A stretch of DNA of 64,000 nucleotides from positions 28,322 through 92,321 of the IMG/VR virus record IMGVR_UViG_3300042691_044682. The stretch is one strand, 5' to 3'. Below, piece after piece: positions 44,835 to 54,605 of this stretch (its first letter is position 1; each line of letters begins with the position of its first letter). This stretch comes from a virus. A model generated the notes under the pieces. It saw nothing but the letters and a program-made list of their open reading frames with translations. It was not told where the DNA came from and searched no databases. Both the position numbers and the translations under genes were made by a program.

Positions 44835-45556
44835 GCCTGGCTCTCGTGCCGCAGCGCATGTGTCACGAAGGACAGCCAGCGCGACAGGGGTTCTTCCCGG
44901 CTGAGCCGGTTCGACAGGTGATGCAGGATCAACCCGTTCCCGAGCACGATGGCGGCGTGGTTCGCCACCTGGCTCTGGATCTGCATCAGCAGGACGTCGC
45001 CGCGCCGCGCGCCCTCGATAGAGACCACCCGGAAGCCCGCCGCGGCGAAGTTCTCGCGATAGAGGTCGCCACCGGCACGCCACCACTCATGGCTGCGCGG
45101 CCCCTCGACCAACTCCACGCCGAGCTCCACCGCGTACCAGTCCTTGATCAGCGCGTAGCAGTCGCCCTTGCCGTCCGATCCGCTCGGGCCATGGCGGAAA
45201 TCCCGCCCGACCAGCGGCGGCGTCTCGATGCCCGGCCCCCACCAAAGAATGCCGGTCGCGTCCGTCCCGTCGGTCGAGACCAGGCCCCAGAGCAGGCCCG
45301 TCGCCATCTGCTGGCGCATATCGTCGGCCGAGGGCCATGGCGCCTGGTCGGGGTGGCTGTGGACGATGGCCTGGATGCCCTCGCGCAGCATCTCCACGGG
45401 AGCGATCTCGAATTCGTCGCGCGGGTTCGCGGCGATGTTCTCCAGCGGCACGTAGGACCCGTTCACCACCAGGCCGCATGCCTCGTTCGGATAGGCGGCC
45501 AAGGCGTGCTCCCGGATCGCCGCGTCGACAGCGAAGCCGAATGGCCTGAGCGGCAT
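44831..45556 (-). CDS. tail tip assembly protein (lambda K-like, JAB + NlpC/P60)
   Basis: YPNEACG, VHSHP, DCYALIKDWY, NHAAI. Confidence 0.9.
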   Translation of the reverse strand: MPLRPFGFAVDAAIREHALAAYPNEACGLVVNGSYVPLENIAANPRDEFEIAPVEMLREGIQAIVHSHPDQAPWPSADDMRQQMATGLLWGLVSTDGTDATGILWWGPGIETPPLVGRDFRHGPSGSDGKGDCYALIKDWYAVELGVELVEGPRSHEWWRAGGDLYRENFAAAGFRVVSIEGARRGDVLLMQIQSQVANHAAIVLGNGLILHHLSNRLSREEPLSRWLSFVTHALRHESQA

Positions 45557-45567
45557 CTTGTTCTCCC

Positions 45568-46317
45568 TCAGCGCGCTCTGCCGAGCCCTGGGAACCCCCA
45601 GGTCGGCAGCGCGCTCCACCCGGAGGCGTCGGCGCGGAGCTTGCAGCTTGTCAGGCGCTTGCCGCACCGGTCGCGGGTCGCGTCCGTCGGCAGGTCGTCC
45701 TCGCTCCAGTAGGACGTGCCCACATAGGGGCAAGTCACCCCCTCGTAGCTGAAGGCACCCGTAGCGTTGTTCCACTCTCGATAGACCTGGGTGCAGACAT
45801 CGCGAAGCAGCTGCCTCGAAGGCAGGTAGCGCCCCTGCTGATCGAGGATCGAGGAGAGCTCCCACTCAATGATCGTGGGGTTGTGCTGCACCTTTCGCTC
45901 GACATACCAGATATCGGGCTCGATGTAGGCGTTTGGGTCGGCAGAGGGCATGCCGTCGAGGAACTTCGCGTAGGTGCGGGTGCGGGTGATTTTCGCTCCG
46001 ACGAGATCGCCAGACACGACGACCAGGCTGCCGGCGATGTTCTCGATGTTGCTCACGCGGATCCGTGGCCGCGGCGCCGGCCCCTTGCCGCGCCACTCGA
46101 AGCCCTCGGCCTCGATCGGGTAGGGCGTGTATTCCTGCCCGCCGAAGGCGATGCGCACGGGCGCGGCCGGGTTCGACGCATCCACCGAGGGCGTCCAGAA
46201 GAGTTCCAGCGTGCCACCGATCACCGTGGTGTCGAGGTGATAGAGGTGGATCAGCGCGTCGGGAGAGGATAGCTTCTGGGTTTCGACCGCGACGGCGGCG
46301 GGGAGGGTCCCGCTCAT
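45568..46317 (-). CDS. minor tail protein (lambda L-like)
   Basis: YPIEAEGFE, RTRTYAKFLD, DRCGKRLTSCKLR, GFPG. Confidence 0.9.
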   Translation of the reverse strand: MSGTLPAAVAVETQKLSSPDALIHLYHLDTTVIGGTLELFWTPSVDASNPAAPVRIAFGGQEYTPYPIEAEGFEWRGKGPAPRPRIRVSNIENIAGSLVVVSGDLVGAKITRTRTYAKFLDGMPSADPNAYIEPDIWYVERKVQHNPTIIEWELSSILDQQGRYLPSRQLLRDVCTQVYREWNNATGAFSYEGVTCPYVGTSYWSEDDLPTDATRDRCGKRLTSCKLRADASGWSALPTWGFPGLGRAR

Positions 46318-46318
46318 C

Positions 46319-46675
46319 TCAGACCGCCAGGCCGAAGTCTTCGACGAAGGTCGCGCTGACCCCCGAGGCGTTCCACTGCGGCTCCGTCCTCTCCCACTCG
46401 GGGCAGGTGTACTTCCGCGGCGAGCCGTCGCGCGGCGAGGTCCACCAGAACGGCGTTACGCCGCCGTGCGTCTCGAAGAAGCCGATGATGTAGTCGGCCT
46501 CGGCCGGGGTGCAGGGCGCCCACTCCAGCCGGTAGGAGCGCGGCATGGTGTTGAGCCCGTCCGCCGTGCGCTGGACATACCCGTCGCCGAAGGCCGCCGA
46601 CAGCACGCGCGGGCGCTGCTGGTAGGCCATGCCAAGGTTCGGGTTGCGGCCGGGGGAGAAGGTCTGCAGCGCCAT
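46319..46675 (-). CDS. distal tail protein (lambda M-like)
   Basis: FGDGYVQRTADGLN...PFWWTSP. Confidence 0.9.
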   Translation of the reverse strand: MALQTFSPGRNPNLGMAYQQRPRVLSAAFGDGYVQRTADGLNTMPRSYRLEWAPCTPAEADYIIGFFETHGGVTPFWWTSPRDGSPRKYTCPEWERTEPQWNASGVSATFVEDFGLAV

Positions 46676-46678
46676 GCG

Positions 46679-49600
46679 TCACCTCATCGTCGGCTGGCCG
46701 GCGTCGTTGAGCACACCGCCGGGGGCGAGCTGGCGGACCATCACCGAGGTCACCATGCCTTCCAGGGCGCGGGCGATGTCGTTGCCCATGCGCTGGCCAC
46801 CTCCCTGGCCGCCGCCGCCGCCGCCGCCGCCGTTCACGGTGACGTTGAAGTTGTTGCTGATCGCCGGCCCGCCGCCGCCGCCGGTGCGGACGCCGAGGTT
46901 GCCAGATGGCATGCGCACCAGAGGGACAGCGGCCTCGGGGCCGGCCTCGGCGACCAGCGCGGTGCCGCCGTTCGCCATGGGGACGTACTGGGCGTGGCTG
47001 AAGATCCCGCCGCCGCCCTGGGCAAGGGGGGTGTAGAAGGACCGGCTGTCGAGGACGCCACCAAGGGCCATTGGGCCCAGCACGCTCCCTTCCAGAACGC
47101 CTCCAGACGCCCAGGCAGCCTCAGTCGCGCCCTTTGCAACCGTGCCGGCGCTTCCAGTACCGAAAAGCCAGTTGAAGCCGCCCTGAAGCAGATCACCGCC
47201 CTGCTGCATCAGGATCCGGCTGCCGAGACGGGTGTAGTAGGCCGCCATCTCGGCCATCATCGCCCGCAGCACGTCAGTCGCCTTGCCGCCCTGCAGGATG
47301 ATGCGCTCGAGCGCCTGTCCGGCCGAGTTGCCAAGCTGGTACCAGCCGTCGCGCATCATCCCCACCAGGCGGTCCTGCTCGCGGAGCTGGGCGAGCTGCC
47401 CGGCGCGCTGGACGCGCTCATCCACCTCGTTCGACGACAGGTCGCCGCGATTCCGCTCAAGCGACCGCCGAAGCTGCCGCTCGGCCAGGTCGCGCTGCGC
47501 GAGCCGCGACGAGAAAAAGTAGCCCGAGGTGAACTGAAGATCCCCGATCTCGTCTTCCTGGCGCTGGCGCTCCTCCGGATCGCGGGCGCGCAGCTGCGCG
47601 ATGTAGGAATCGCGCTGCTGGTCCTCGAGCGTCTGTGCCTGGCCAAGCAGGGCCAGGCGCTGCTCGGGCGTCGTCTCCGGCCGGGCGGCCAGGCGGCGCA
47701 GGTTCTCGGTCAGCGGACGCACCTGGTCGATGGCCTGGGCCAGCCCCTGCTGGAACGGCGTCAGGCCCGAGCGGGACAGCGTCTCCATCTGGACGGTGTT
47801 GCGGTCCACTTCGGTGCGGAACCGCTCCATGCTTTCTTCGACGCGCTGCTGCACGTCGGCGGTCGTGAAGCCCCGGACGTCCACACCGGGGTTGTCCTGG
47901 GCGTAGGCCCGCGCCGCGCCGGCGATCGCGGCGTCCGGCCCGTAGAGCCGCCCGCGCGCCGCGCCGACATCCGCCCCGTCCGGCGCGGTGAGGAATCGCG
48001 AGCCGCCGAGGTCCACTCCGGCGCGTGGCGAGCCGTCCGGGTTGACCGCCCAGCGGTGGTTCTGGAGCGTGCCGCGGCGCGCCATCTCGTCGCGGCCATA
48101 GAAGAACGTCGCCCCGCCCGTCGGGTCGCCGACCATGCCCTGCACCAGGTCCATGAGCATCTGGCGCGCTTGCTGGAGCGCGGGATCGTTCGGACGGACC
48201 GCCTGCGCCTGGCCGCGCTGCCAGACCTCGAACTGCCCCGGCGCCCGGACCACGTCGGACACCGTCGAGCCGCCATAGTTGCCGGCGAGGACCCGGTTGA
48301 GGATGGTCGCGGCAACGCCCAGCCGGGCGTCAGGGTTGTTCTCCTCCGTCACGATGGTCCGGGCGCCGTCGTCGAGGTCGGCCGGGGTCATCCGAATGCC
48401 GCCGTAGCGCGCCCCGGCGCGCGCGGCCGCGACCTCCGTCCGGCGCCGTGCCGACACGATCGGGGCATTGGCGCGGTCGGCGTCCTCGCTCGCCCACTGG
48501 GCGCGCCGGATCTGTTCCTCGAGCGCCCGGCCGGGGTCATCCCCCATCCGATTCCGGAGCTCCTCAAGCTCGAGGTCGCGCGCCCTCTGGCGCTGCACCA
48601 CCGGATCGCCCGACCCGCCGACCCGGGTGGCGCGCAGCCGCTCCTCGCGCGCCAGGCGCTCGCGCTCGGCCTGCTCGCGCTGGCGCTGGCGGTAGGCGTC
48701 CTCGACGCGGGTGGCGAGCTCGCTGTCGCTCTGAAGCTGCCGATCGGCCCACTCGTTCGGGTCTTCGCCATCCGGGGCCGGGCGCTCGCGCAGCGCCAGG
48801 GTGCGCCGCGCGTCGCGCTCGGAGCGCTGGGCGTAGGTGCGGTCGCGCTGGAGGATGGACTCCTCGAGGCCGGAACGCTGCGTGGCGAGAATGGTGTTCT
48901 GGGCGCCGATCTCGCGGGTGCGCTCCCGCTCGGCGATCAGCTGCGCCCGGATCGAGGTCTCGATCTCCTTGATCTTGTCGAGCATGCGGCCGTACTCGGC
49001 CGTGCCCTCCTGGCCTGCCCGGGCCATGGCAGCGGCAGCCTCGCGCAGCGGCGCGAGCTGCTGGTTGACCTGCATGCTGTCGCGGGTGGCGACGGGGTCG
49101 TCGCCGCGGCGCAGCGCCCCGAGCAGGTACTCCTGCTGCTCGCCCTGGCGCCGGGCGGCGAAGAGCGTCTGCTGGGCGCGCTGGACCTCCTGCGCGAAGT
49201 CGCCTTGCAGGATCTGCGCCTGGCCGGCCGCGCCCGGCTGCTGGCTCGCCCGCAGCGCCCGCCGCGCGCGCAGGGCGGCGCCGGTGCCTTCCGTGGCCCC
49301 GCCGCGCCCCAGGATGTCGCCCTCCTCCTCGGCGTCGGCGATCCGGCGCGCTAGGTCGTCGGAAGCGCGGGCCCGGCGCTCGTCGATCTGGCGGTCGAGC
49401 TCGGCAACCTCCTGGCGGATGCGGATGCCGCGACGGCGGGCGTCGCCGATGGTGGTCTCGGCCCGGACGATGATCTCGGCGATGCGCTGCGCGCGGTCCG
49501 CCTCGGCCTCGGTGCCCCCGGCATTGCCAGCGAAGGCCTCGAGGCCGTAGTCATCCCCGACCTGGCCGGAGCCACCCCGCCCGATCGCCGCCATCCGCTG

Positions 49601-51055
49601 CCGCCGCTCGCCGCCCCGGATGAGGTCGGACATATCGTTGGCGAATAGCGTCTCCTCGCGCCGCTCGATGGCGTAGCGCTGGTTCGGGCTCAGCCGCGCC
49701 ATGATGTCCTGCGGCATGAGCTGGTCGAAGCCCGCCGTCTCGACGCCGAACTGGTTGGCAGCCTCGATCATCATGCGCTGACGCTGCCGGTTGAACGGCA
49801 GCAGCGAGCCCTGGAACGACATCGCGTCCGTGGCCGAGTTGAAGCCCCCCACGCGCTCGTTCACCGGGCGGGTGTCCTGGCGCGGCGTCACCTCGCCGGT
49901 GCCGAACGCGTTCAGCGCGTGGCGATAGAGCGCCCGGCCGCCGACAGCGAAGGTCCCCCAGAAGCCCGTCTGCTGCGCCTCATTGAGCGCGTCCTCTTCG
50001 ATCGTCTGCGCACGGAGGCTGAATTCGTCGGATCCCAGCCAACGCAGCGCGCGCTCGGAGGCGCGGTAGTTGGTAACGGCGCCGCCCATGATCATGCCGG
50101 GCAAGGTGCCGGTGGCATAGCCACGGGCCATCGGATCGGCGATGTAGCCGGGGCTCCGCTCGTAGGTGCTGCGGCTTTGCGCCCCGGTGTCGCGCAAGCG
50201 CTCCAGTTCCCGGCGCCGCGAAGCGTCGCTCTGGAACCATCCCTGCCCCCGGTCGTGCCAGCCGTATTCCCGCTCGAGGTCGGCATCCTCGGTGTTCCGG
50301 AGCTCGCGCTCCCGGCGGGACGCCACCAGGCCGTTGCGCAGCTCGGCGATGCGCCGGGCCTCGGCGTCGGCCGTCATGTCGCGCTGGCGCTGGCCGATGG
50401 TGCGGTACTCGGGATCCAGCAGCGCCGCGATGCCGGCCGTCGTCATCGGGCCCAGGAGCGCCTGGATGTCGGACCCGGTCCTCGCATCCATCCGCTGGGC
50501 GCGCAGGCGCTCGGTGAACTCGCGCAGGACCGCCGCGGGGTCGCCTCCCCGGCCCTCGGTCGACACCCCGTAGTCACGCAGGATGCGGCGCGCCCGCTCG
50601 CCCTCCTCGGAGACGTCGCGCAGCGCGCTCGAGATGCGGGCGAGGCCCTGGGACGTCTCGGCCGACGAGATGCCGATGTTCCGGCTCGTCCGGACGAACA
50701 TCTCCATCCCGACGGCGGTCGTGTTGAAGGCCGTCGCCGCGGCCTCGATCTGCCCCACCATCTGGCGGAGCTCGCGCATGTTGCCCGAGCCCGCGGCGAG
50801 CGACTGGGTCAGCTCGTTGAGGCGGCCGACGAGGCCCTCGATGCTGCGCTGCGCGTTGGTCGTGTCGCGCTGGAACAGCTCCAGCTCGGCGCGCAGCGCG
50901 CGCATGGGGTCGCGCCCCTCGGCGATGGCGCGGTTGACCTTGACCTGCGCCTCCGCGACCTCGGATGCCGACAGCTTCAGGGCGTCGAGGTCGGTCTTGG
51001 CGCGGCGCGAATCCGAGCTGTCGATCGCGAACGAGAGGGCGGCGACATCAACCAT
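46679..51055 (-). CDS. tape measure protein with internal SleB/Hydrolase_2 domain
   Basis: DVAALSFAIDS start; ARTIVTE...ILNRV...VVRAPGQFE...DPTGGATFFY; AEAGPEA..PL. Confidence 0.88.
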   Translation of the reverse strand: MVDVAALSFAIDSSDSRRAKTDLDALKLSASEVAEAQVKVNRAIAEGRDPMRALRAELELFQRDTTNAQRSIEGLVGRLNELTQSLAAGSGNMRELRQMVGQIEAAATAFNTTAVGMEMFVRTSRNIGISSAETSQGLARISSALRDVSEEGERARRILRDYGVSTEGRGGDPAAVLREFTERLRAQRMDARTGSDIQALLGPMTTAGIAALLDPEYRTIGQRQRDMTADAEARRIAELRNGLVASRRERELRNTEDADLEREYGWHDRGQGWFQSDASRRRELERLRDTGAQSRSTYERSPGYIADPMARGYATGTLPGMIMGGAVTNYRASERALRWLGSDEFSLRAQTIEEDALNEAQQTGFWGTFAVGGRALYRHALNAFGTGEVTPRQDTRPVNERVGGFNSATDAMSFQGSLLPFNRQRQRMMIEAANQFGVETAGFDQLMPQDIMARLSPNQRYAIERREETLFANDMSDLIRGGERRQRMAAIGRGGSGQVGDDYGLEAFAGNAGGTEAEADRAQRIAEIIVRAETTIGDARRRGIRIRQEVAELDRQIDERRARASDDLARRIADAEEEGDILGRGGATEGTGAALRARRALRASQQPGAAGQAQILQGDFAQEVQRAQQTLFAARRQGEQQEYLLGALRRGDDPVATRDSMQVNQQLAPLREAAAAMARAGQEGTAEYGRMLDKIKEIETSIRAQLIAERERTREIGAQNTILATQRSGLEESILQRDRTYAQRSERDARRTLALRERPAPDGEDPNEWADRQLQSDSELATRVEDAYRQRQREQAERERLAREERLRATRVGGSGDPVVQRQRARDLELEELRNRMGDDPGRALEEQIRRAQWASEDADRANAPIVSARRRTEVAAARAGARYGGIRMTPADLDDGARTIVTEENNPDARLGVAATILNRVLAGNYGGSTVSDVVRAPGQFEVWQRGQAQAVRPNDPALQQARQMLMDLVQGMVGDPTGGATFFYGRDEMARRGTLQNHRWAVNPDGSPRAGVDLGGSRFLTAPDGADVGAARGRLYGPDAAIAGAARAYAQDNPGVDVRGFTTADVQQRVEESMERFRTEVDRNTVQMETLSRSGLTPFQQGLAQAIDQVRPLTENLRRLAARPETTPEQRLALLGQAQTLEDQQRDSYIAQLRARDPEERQRQEDEIGDLQFTSGYFFSSRLAQRDLAERQLRRSLERNRGDLSSNEVDERVQRAGQLAQLREQDRLVGMMRDGWYQLGNSAGQALERIILQGGKATDVLRAMMAEMAAYYTRLGSRILMQQGGDLLQGGFNWLFGTGSAGTVAKGATEAAWASGGVLEGSVLGPMALGGVLDSRSFYTPLAQGGGGIFSHAQYVPMANGGTALVAEAGPEAAVPLVRMPSGNLGVRTGGGGGPAISNNFNVTVNGGGGGGGGQGGGQRMGNDIARALEGMVTSVMVRQLAPGGVLNDAGQPTMR

Positions 51056-51443
51056 CCTCGGGTGCTCCCTTCGTCCGCATCACGTGCAGCCAGGTCTGGT
51101 CGAGCAGGTCGAGCATGAAGAGCTCGACCTGGTTGAGCGGCTCACCCCGAAGCTGCGACCAGGCGAGGATCTCGCTGTCGCGCAGCGGCGCCGGAACGCC
51201 GCCGTCGAGGTAGGAGCGTGTGCCGCACAGCCGGTAGAACACCGGGAGAATCCGATGCAGTTCCGGCGGCGGGGGCGGCGGCTCGGATGGCAGCCCGAAG
51301 GATGCCATCTGCTCCGCCGTCATGCCCTGGCGCTTCGCGCTGGCGAGGTGGTCGCGCAGCGATGACCCGTCAGGCTGCGGTACGTCGAGGCGAAACGCGG
51401 CCTTGGCCCAGGCCTCGATGCGCCGCCTCAGCCGGCCAAAAAA
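51048..51443 (-). CDS. tail assembly chaperone T segment (reached by -1 frameshift)
   Basis: -1 frame open from TTTTTTG to stop; PLRDSEILAW..L. Confidence 0.75.
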   Translation of the reverse strand, partial: FFGRLRRRIEAWAKAAFRLDVPQPDGSSLRDHLASAKRQGMTAEQMASFGLPSEPPPPPPELHRILPVFYRLCGTRSYLDGGVPAPLRDSEILAWSQLRGEPLNQVELFMLDLLDQTWLHVMRTKGAPEDG

Positions 51444-51844
51444 TTGCCGGTCTCGTTGATGAAGCCGTAGGCCCGCGGGCGCAGCCAGAGGAACCGCTTG
51501 TCGGCCCAGAACTTCTGGGCGTTCGCCGCGTTGAAGTCGAAGGGGCCGCCGTCGAGCTGGTCGAAGTTCCAGCCGCGCGTCGCCTCCACCAGGAAGCGGA
51601 CGTCCCAGGCCTCCATCTGCTCCGGCGTCGGGGTCCGGCCGTCCGCCTCGAGGGCGTTGCGCTCGTCGGTGATGCTGCGCTGGCAGGCGCGCAGCACGGC
51701 GCTCGCCTGGCCGAGGAGGACGATGTGCACGGCCTCCTTGTCGGCCCGCAGGAAGGGCTGGCCGGTGGTCGGGTGGTACAGCTTCATGGGCCTGCCCTGC
51801 TCGGCGGCGGTCAGGGCGTCGAGGCGGCCGATATCGAACTGCAT
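51428..51844 (-). CDS. tail assembly chaperone G
   Basis: between tube and TMP; HPTTG, ends GNFL at slippery site. Confidence 0.85.
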   Translation of the reverse strand: MQFDIGRLDALTAAEQGRPMKLYHPTTGQPFLRADKEAVHIVLLGQASAVLRACQRSITDERNALEADGRTPTPEQMEAWDVRFLVEATRGWNFDQLDGGPFDFNAANAQKFWADKRFLWLRPRAYGFINETGNFLAG

Positions 51845-51890
51845 GGATCCTCCGGGGGAATGGGGGAGTGGGGGTGGGGGGAAGCCAGGA

Positions 51891-53111
51891 TCAGGCGAGG
51901 CTGTCCTGCATGATGATCGTCGAGGCGTCGTACTTGGTGCCGGAGCCGGCGCCCGTGACGTGCTCGAAGGCCTGGAACGAGAGCATCTGCATCAGGCTGC
52001 GGTCGCCGTCGTTCCGCTGGTTCGACATCATCTTCACGCGGTTCATGACGATGGTGGCGAAGTCGGCGTTCGCGGTGCTGCCCGTGGTCAGCCACAGGTG
52101 CAGGTCCACCTCGGTCTCCTGGTCGAACAGCGTCAGGAGGGAGTTGTCCTTGAGCAGGGCGTTGAGCTGGCCCTGGGCGGTGATGACGCCCGCGAAGACC
52201 TCCGGGACGATGTTCGAGCCGACGACCGGCGGGGCATCGACGGGCGCGGCGATGGTGATCTGCGCGCCCGTGATGTAGGCGACGTCGGCGCCGTTGAAGC
52301 GCACGCGCCCGTTCACCGCGGCGAGGCTGTTGGCGCTGTTCGGCGCCGTCGCCGCCGGATAGGCCTGGGTGGCCGTGAAGGCCATGTCCTGGCCGACCAT
52401 CTGGAAGTCGACGGTGGCGAAGCCGGTGGCGGGCAGGTTCAGGCGCGCCGCCTGCATGGTCATGCCGAGCCCGCGGTTGGAGGTGGCCGTTGCACCGTCC
52501 GGCATCCACTCCTCGATCGAGTGCGACATGAATTCGTGGCCGCTGACCGGCACGAAGCTCTTCTTGCCGACGACCGAGCAGGTGATCGAGGTCTGCTGCG
52601 CGACCGTCGTCACGTTCTCGGGCGCCACGTTGTAGACGGTCATCACCGTCGCATCGAGGTCCTTGATGCGGAAGTTCCGGGCGTTGTTGTCCACGCCTCC
52701 GGAGATGAAGCCGGAGAAGCGCACCACGTCGCCGACCTTGAACCCGTCGGTCAGCCAGGAGCCGGAGGCGCGGGTGAAGGTGCCGGCGGTGCCGTTCGGC
52801 GTGATCGAGAGCGAGCTGACGCTGACGCCGGCCGCGAAGGGCTTGCGCAGCATGTTCTCGAAGAACGCCACGTAGGAGCCGGGGCTCCACTGGCCGTTCA
52901 TGTTCGCGGTGACGCGGCGCACGCCATGGCGGCCGTCACGGACCTGCTGGCTCGGCAGGATCTCCTGGGACTGGTAGGCGTCCTTGTTCAGGTTCATCAC
53001 GAAGTTGACGCGGCGGAGCTGCTGCGCCGTGGCCGCGGAGAGCGTCCCGAAGGTCGTCTCCTTGGCGATCGCGATGACCTTGTTCACGCCCTTCTTGTAG
53101 GAACCGGACAT
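51891..53111 (-). CDS. tail tube protein
   Basis: KETTFG...YQSQEI...QVRDGRHG; GFKVGDVV insertion domain. Confidence 0.85.
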   Translation of the reverse strand: MSGSYKKGVNKVIAIAKETTFGTLSAATAQQLRRVNFVMNLNKDAYQSQEILPSQQVRDGRHGVRRVTANMNGQWSPGSYVAFFENMLRKPFAAGVSVSSLSITPNGTAGTFTRASGSWLTDGFKVGDVVRFSGFISGGVDNNARNFRIKDLDATVMTVYNVAPENVTTVAQQTSITCSVVGKKSFVPVSGHEFMSHSIEEWMPDGATATSNRGLGMTMQAARLNLPATGFATVDFQMVGQDMAFTATQAYPAATAPNSANSLAAVNGRVRFNGADVAYITGAQITIAAPVDAPPVVGSNIVPEVFAGVITAQGQLNALLKDNSLLTLFDQETEVDLHLWLTTGSTANADFATIVMNRVKMMSNQRNDGDRSLMQMLSFQAFEHVTGAGSGTKYDASTIIMQDSLA

Positions 53112-53129
53112 GCGGGGTGGCCCTCAACG

Positions 53130-53154
53130 AAAAAGGGCGCCCGAAGGCGCCCTT
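53130..53154 (-). terminator. intrinsic terminator upstream of tail tube gene
   Basis: aagggcgcc-ttcg-ggcgccc-ttttt on minus strand. Confidence 0.75.
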
Positions 53155-53200
53155 GTGGGTGGATGGATGGGCCTGCCCGCTGGCGGCCCGGCTCGGTGGA

Positions 53201-53404
53201 TCAGCCCTCGTCGGGCTCGGGGGCGGGGGAAAGCTCGTCCTCGGCGGCCGGCGCCTGATCCTGCGCCAGCAGGCTGCGCCGCAGCGCCCAGTCGCGATGC
53301 TCTGGCGTGGCGCCGCGCGCGGCGAGCTCCTCGTCGGTGAAGGTCTCGCCGGGCCGGTAGGTCCAGCCCGCCATGTCGAACTGGTGGACGACGCGATAGG
53401 TCAT
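53201..53404 (-). CDS. small hypothetical protein
   Basis: ggag SD, ATGA coupling, YRPGETF. Confidence 0.65.
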   Translation of the reverse strand: MTYRVVHQFDMAGWTYRPGETFTDEELAARGATPEHRDWALRRSLLAQDQAPAAEDELSPAPEPDEG

Positions 53405-53805
53405 GCGGGGATCTCCTCGGCGAACCATCCGATGAGGACCGGATAGTTGTTCCAGTCGATCGCGGCGTAGGCCGGCTGGATCGAGCGGGTCTCGATGATC
53501 ACGCGCGCCGCGCCCTGCACCAGCGTCAGGCCGCGCGGGAAATGGTCGCGGACTGCCTCGGCGCGGATCCGGGCGGGCTTGGGGCCCTCGTTCATCGGGT
53601 GCGCCACCAGCAGCTGCAGCGTGCCCTGCCAGAGCTCCGGTGAGGACGCACCGACGCCCATGGGCGAGGCTGCGCGCGCGGCGATCTGGGCGGTGATGTA
53701 GGCCTGCCCCTTGGTGGGGCTGAAGGGCCGCCCCCACCAGGCGATGGTCTCGCCCGACAGGGTGAGCAGCCGCGCCTCGAGGGCGGCCTCGATGTCGGTG
53801 ATCAT
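53401..53805 (-). CDS. tail terminator protein
   Basis: IEAALEARL...GTLQL...HFPRGLTL; position. Confidence 0.8.
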   Translation of the reverse strand: MITDIEAALEARLLTLSGETIAWWGRPFSPTKGQAYITAQIAARAASPMGVGASSPELWQGTLQLLVAHPMNEGPKPARIRAEAVRDHFPRGLTLVQGAARVIIETRSIQPAYAAIDWNNYPVLIGWFAEEIPA

Positions 53806-54605
53806 GCGCCGGCCCTCCTCTTTTCCCACATGCGCCGGCTGGCATCGCCAATCCCTCGGCGGTGTTCGGGGGAGAGGGTCTTGCCCAGCTTCGCCGCCCG
53901 CATCTTCGCTTTGGCCTCAGCGCTGTGGGTCTTCGGTGCGACCGATCGGAGCTGCGCCGCTTTGGCCGCCCGCGCCTCGTCCGTCATGGTCTCCTTGCGC
54001 GTTTCCGCACCCCGTCGATTGCCTTCGATCATCGCCGGGGACATGCCGTTCGGCCACATGGCCTTTCGGCGGACCCAAGCGGCGCGGAGCTTCTCCTTCT
54101 GCGCCTCGCTCATCGGCTTCCCGGCGTTGGCCGGCCCGCCATTCGTGGCCCGCCACTCCGCCAGGGTCTTCACTGCCTGTTCGCGCCGCTCTGGCGGCAG
54201 GCAGCGGCCACGATGGCCTGCCCCGATCTTCGCGCAGACGTCTGCCGGGCGCCGCTTGCCTCGGTGGAATGCGCCGATCCGCGCCTTGGCCTCGTCCGAC
54301 ATGACGTTGCCGAAGGCGCCGTCACCGCCCTTGGTCAGGTTGTAGCCGGAGGCGGAGCGATAGGTGCCGCACTGATCGATGAGGATGCGCTCCAAGGCGC
54401 ACAGGTCATCCCAGGTTCGCGCGCTGGCGATCTGCTCGACCGTGAACGCCTCCGGCCCGTGCTTGCGGATCGCCGCGTAGAGCGCGCCCTTCCGCCCCGC
54501 CTGGGCGTTGCGCAGATGCATCTTCCAGCGCTCCTCGACGGAGCCCTTGGTGATGCCGATGTAGCTGCGCCCGGTGCGGTCGTGCCGCACCACGTAGGCC
54601 GGCAT
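53802..54605 (-). CDS. free-standing GIY-YIG homing endonuclease with NUMOD3 repeats
   Basis: AY...YIGIT...RW..H...E...GYNLTKGG; repeated (H/M)S.EAK.K motifs. Confidence 0.88.
   Translation of the reverse strand: MPAYVVRHDRTGRSYIGITKGSVEERWKMHLRNAQAGRKGALYAAIRKHGPEAFTVEQIASARTWDDLCALERILIDQCGTYRSASGYNLTKGGDGAFGNVMSDEAKARIGAFHRGKRRPADVCAKIGAGHRGRCLPPERREQAVKTLAEWRATNGGPANAGKPMSEAQKEKLRAAWVRRKAMWPNGMSPAMIEGNRRGAETRKETMTDEARAAKAAQLRSVAPKTHSAEAKAKMRAAKLGKTLSPEHRRGIGDASRRMWEKRRAGA

Noticed and set aside
38419-44859. 2146-aa start for J as given in the ORF track
   Set aside because: The upstream part overlaps the I-like gene in another frame; the TGATG-coupled start at 44094 fits.
53802-54605. 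Group I intron around the GIY-YIG gene
   Set aside because: The gene overlaps intact neighbours at both ends, leaving no room for an intron core.
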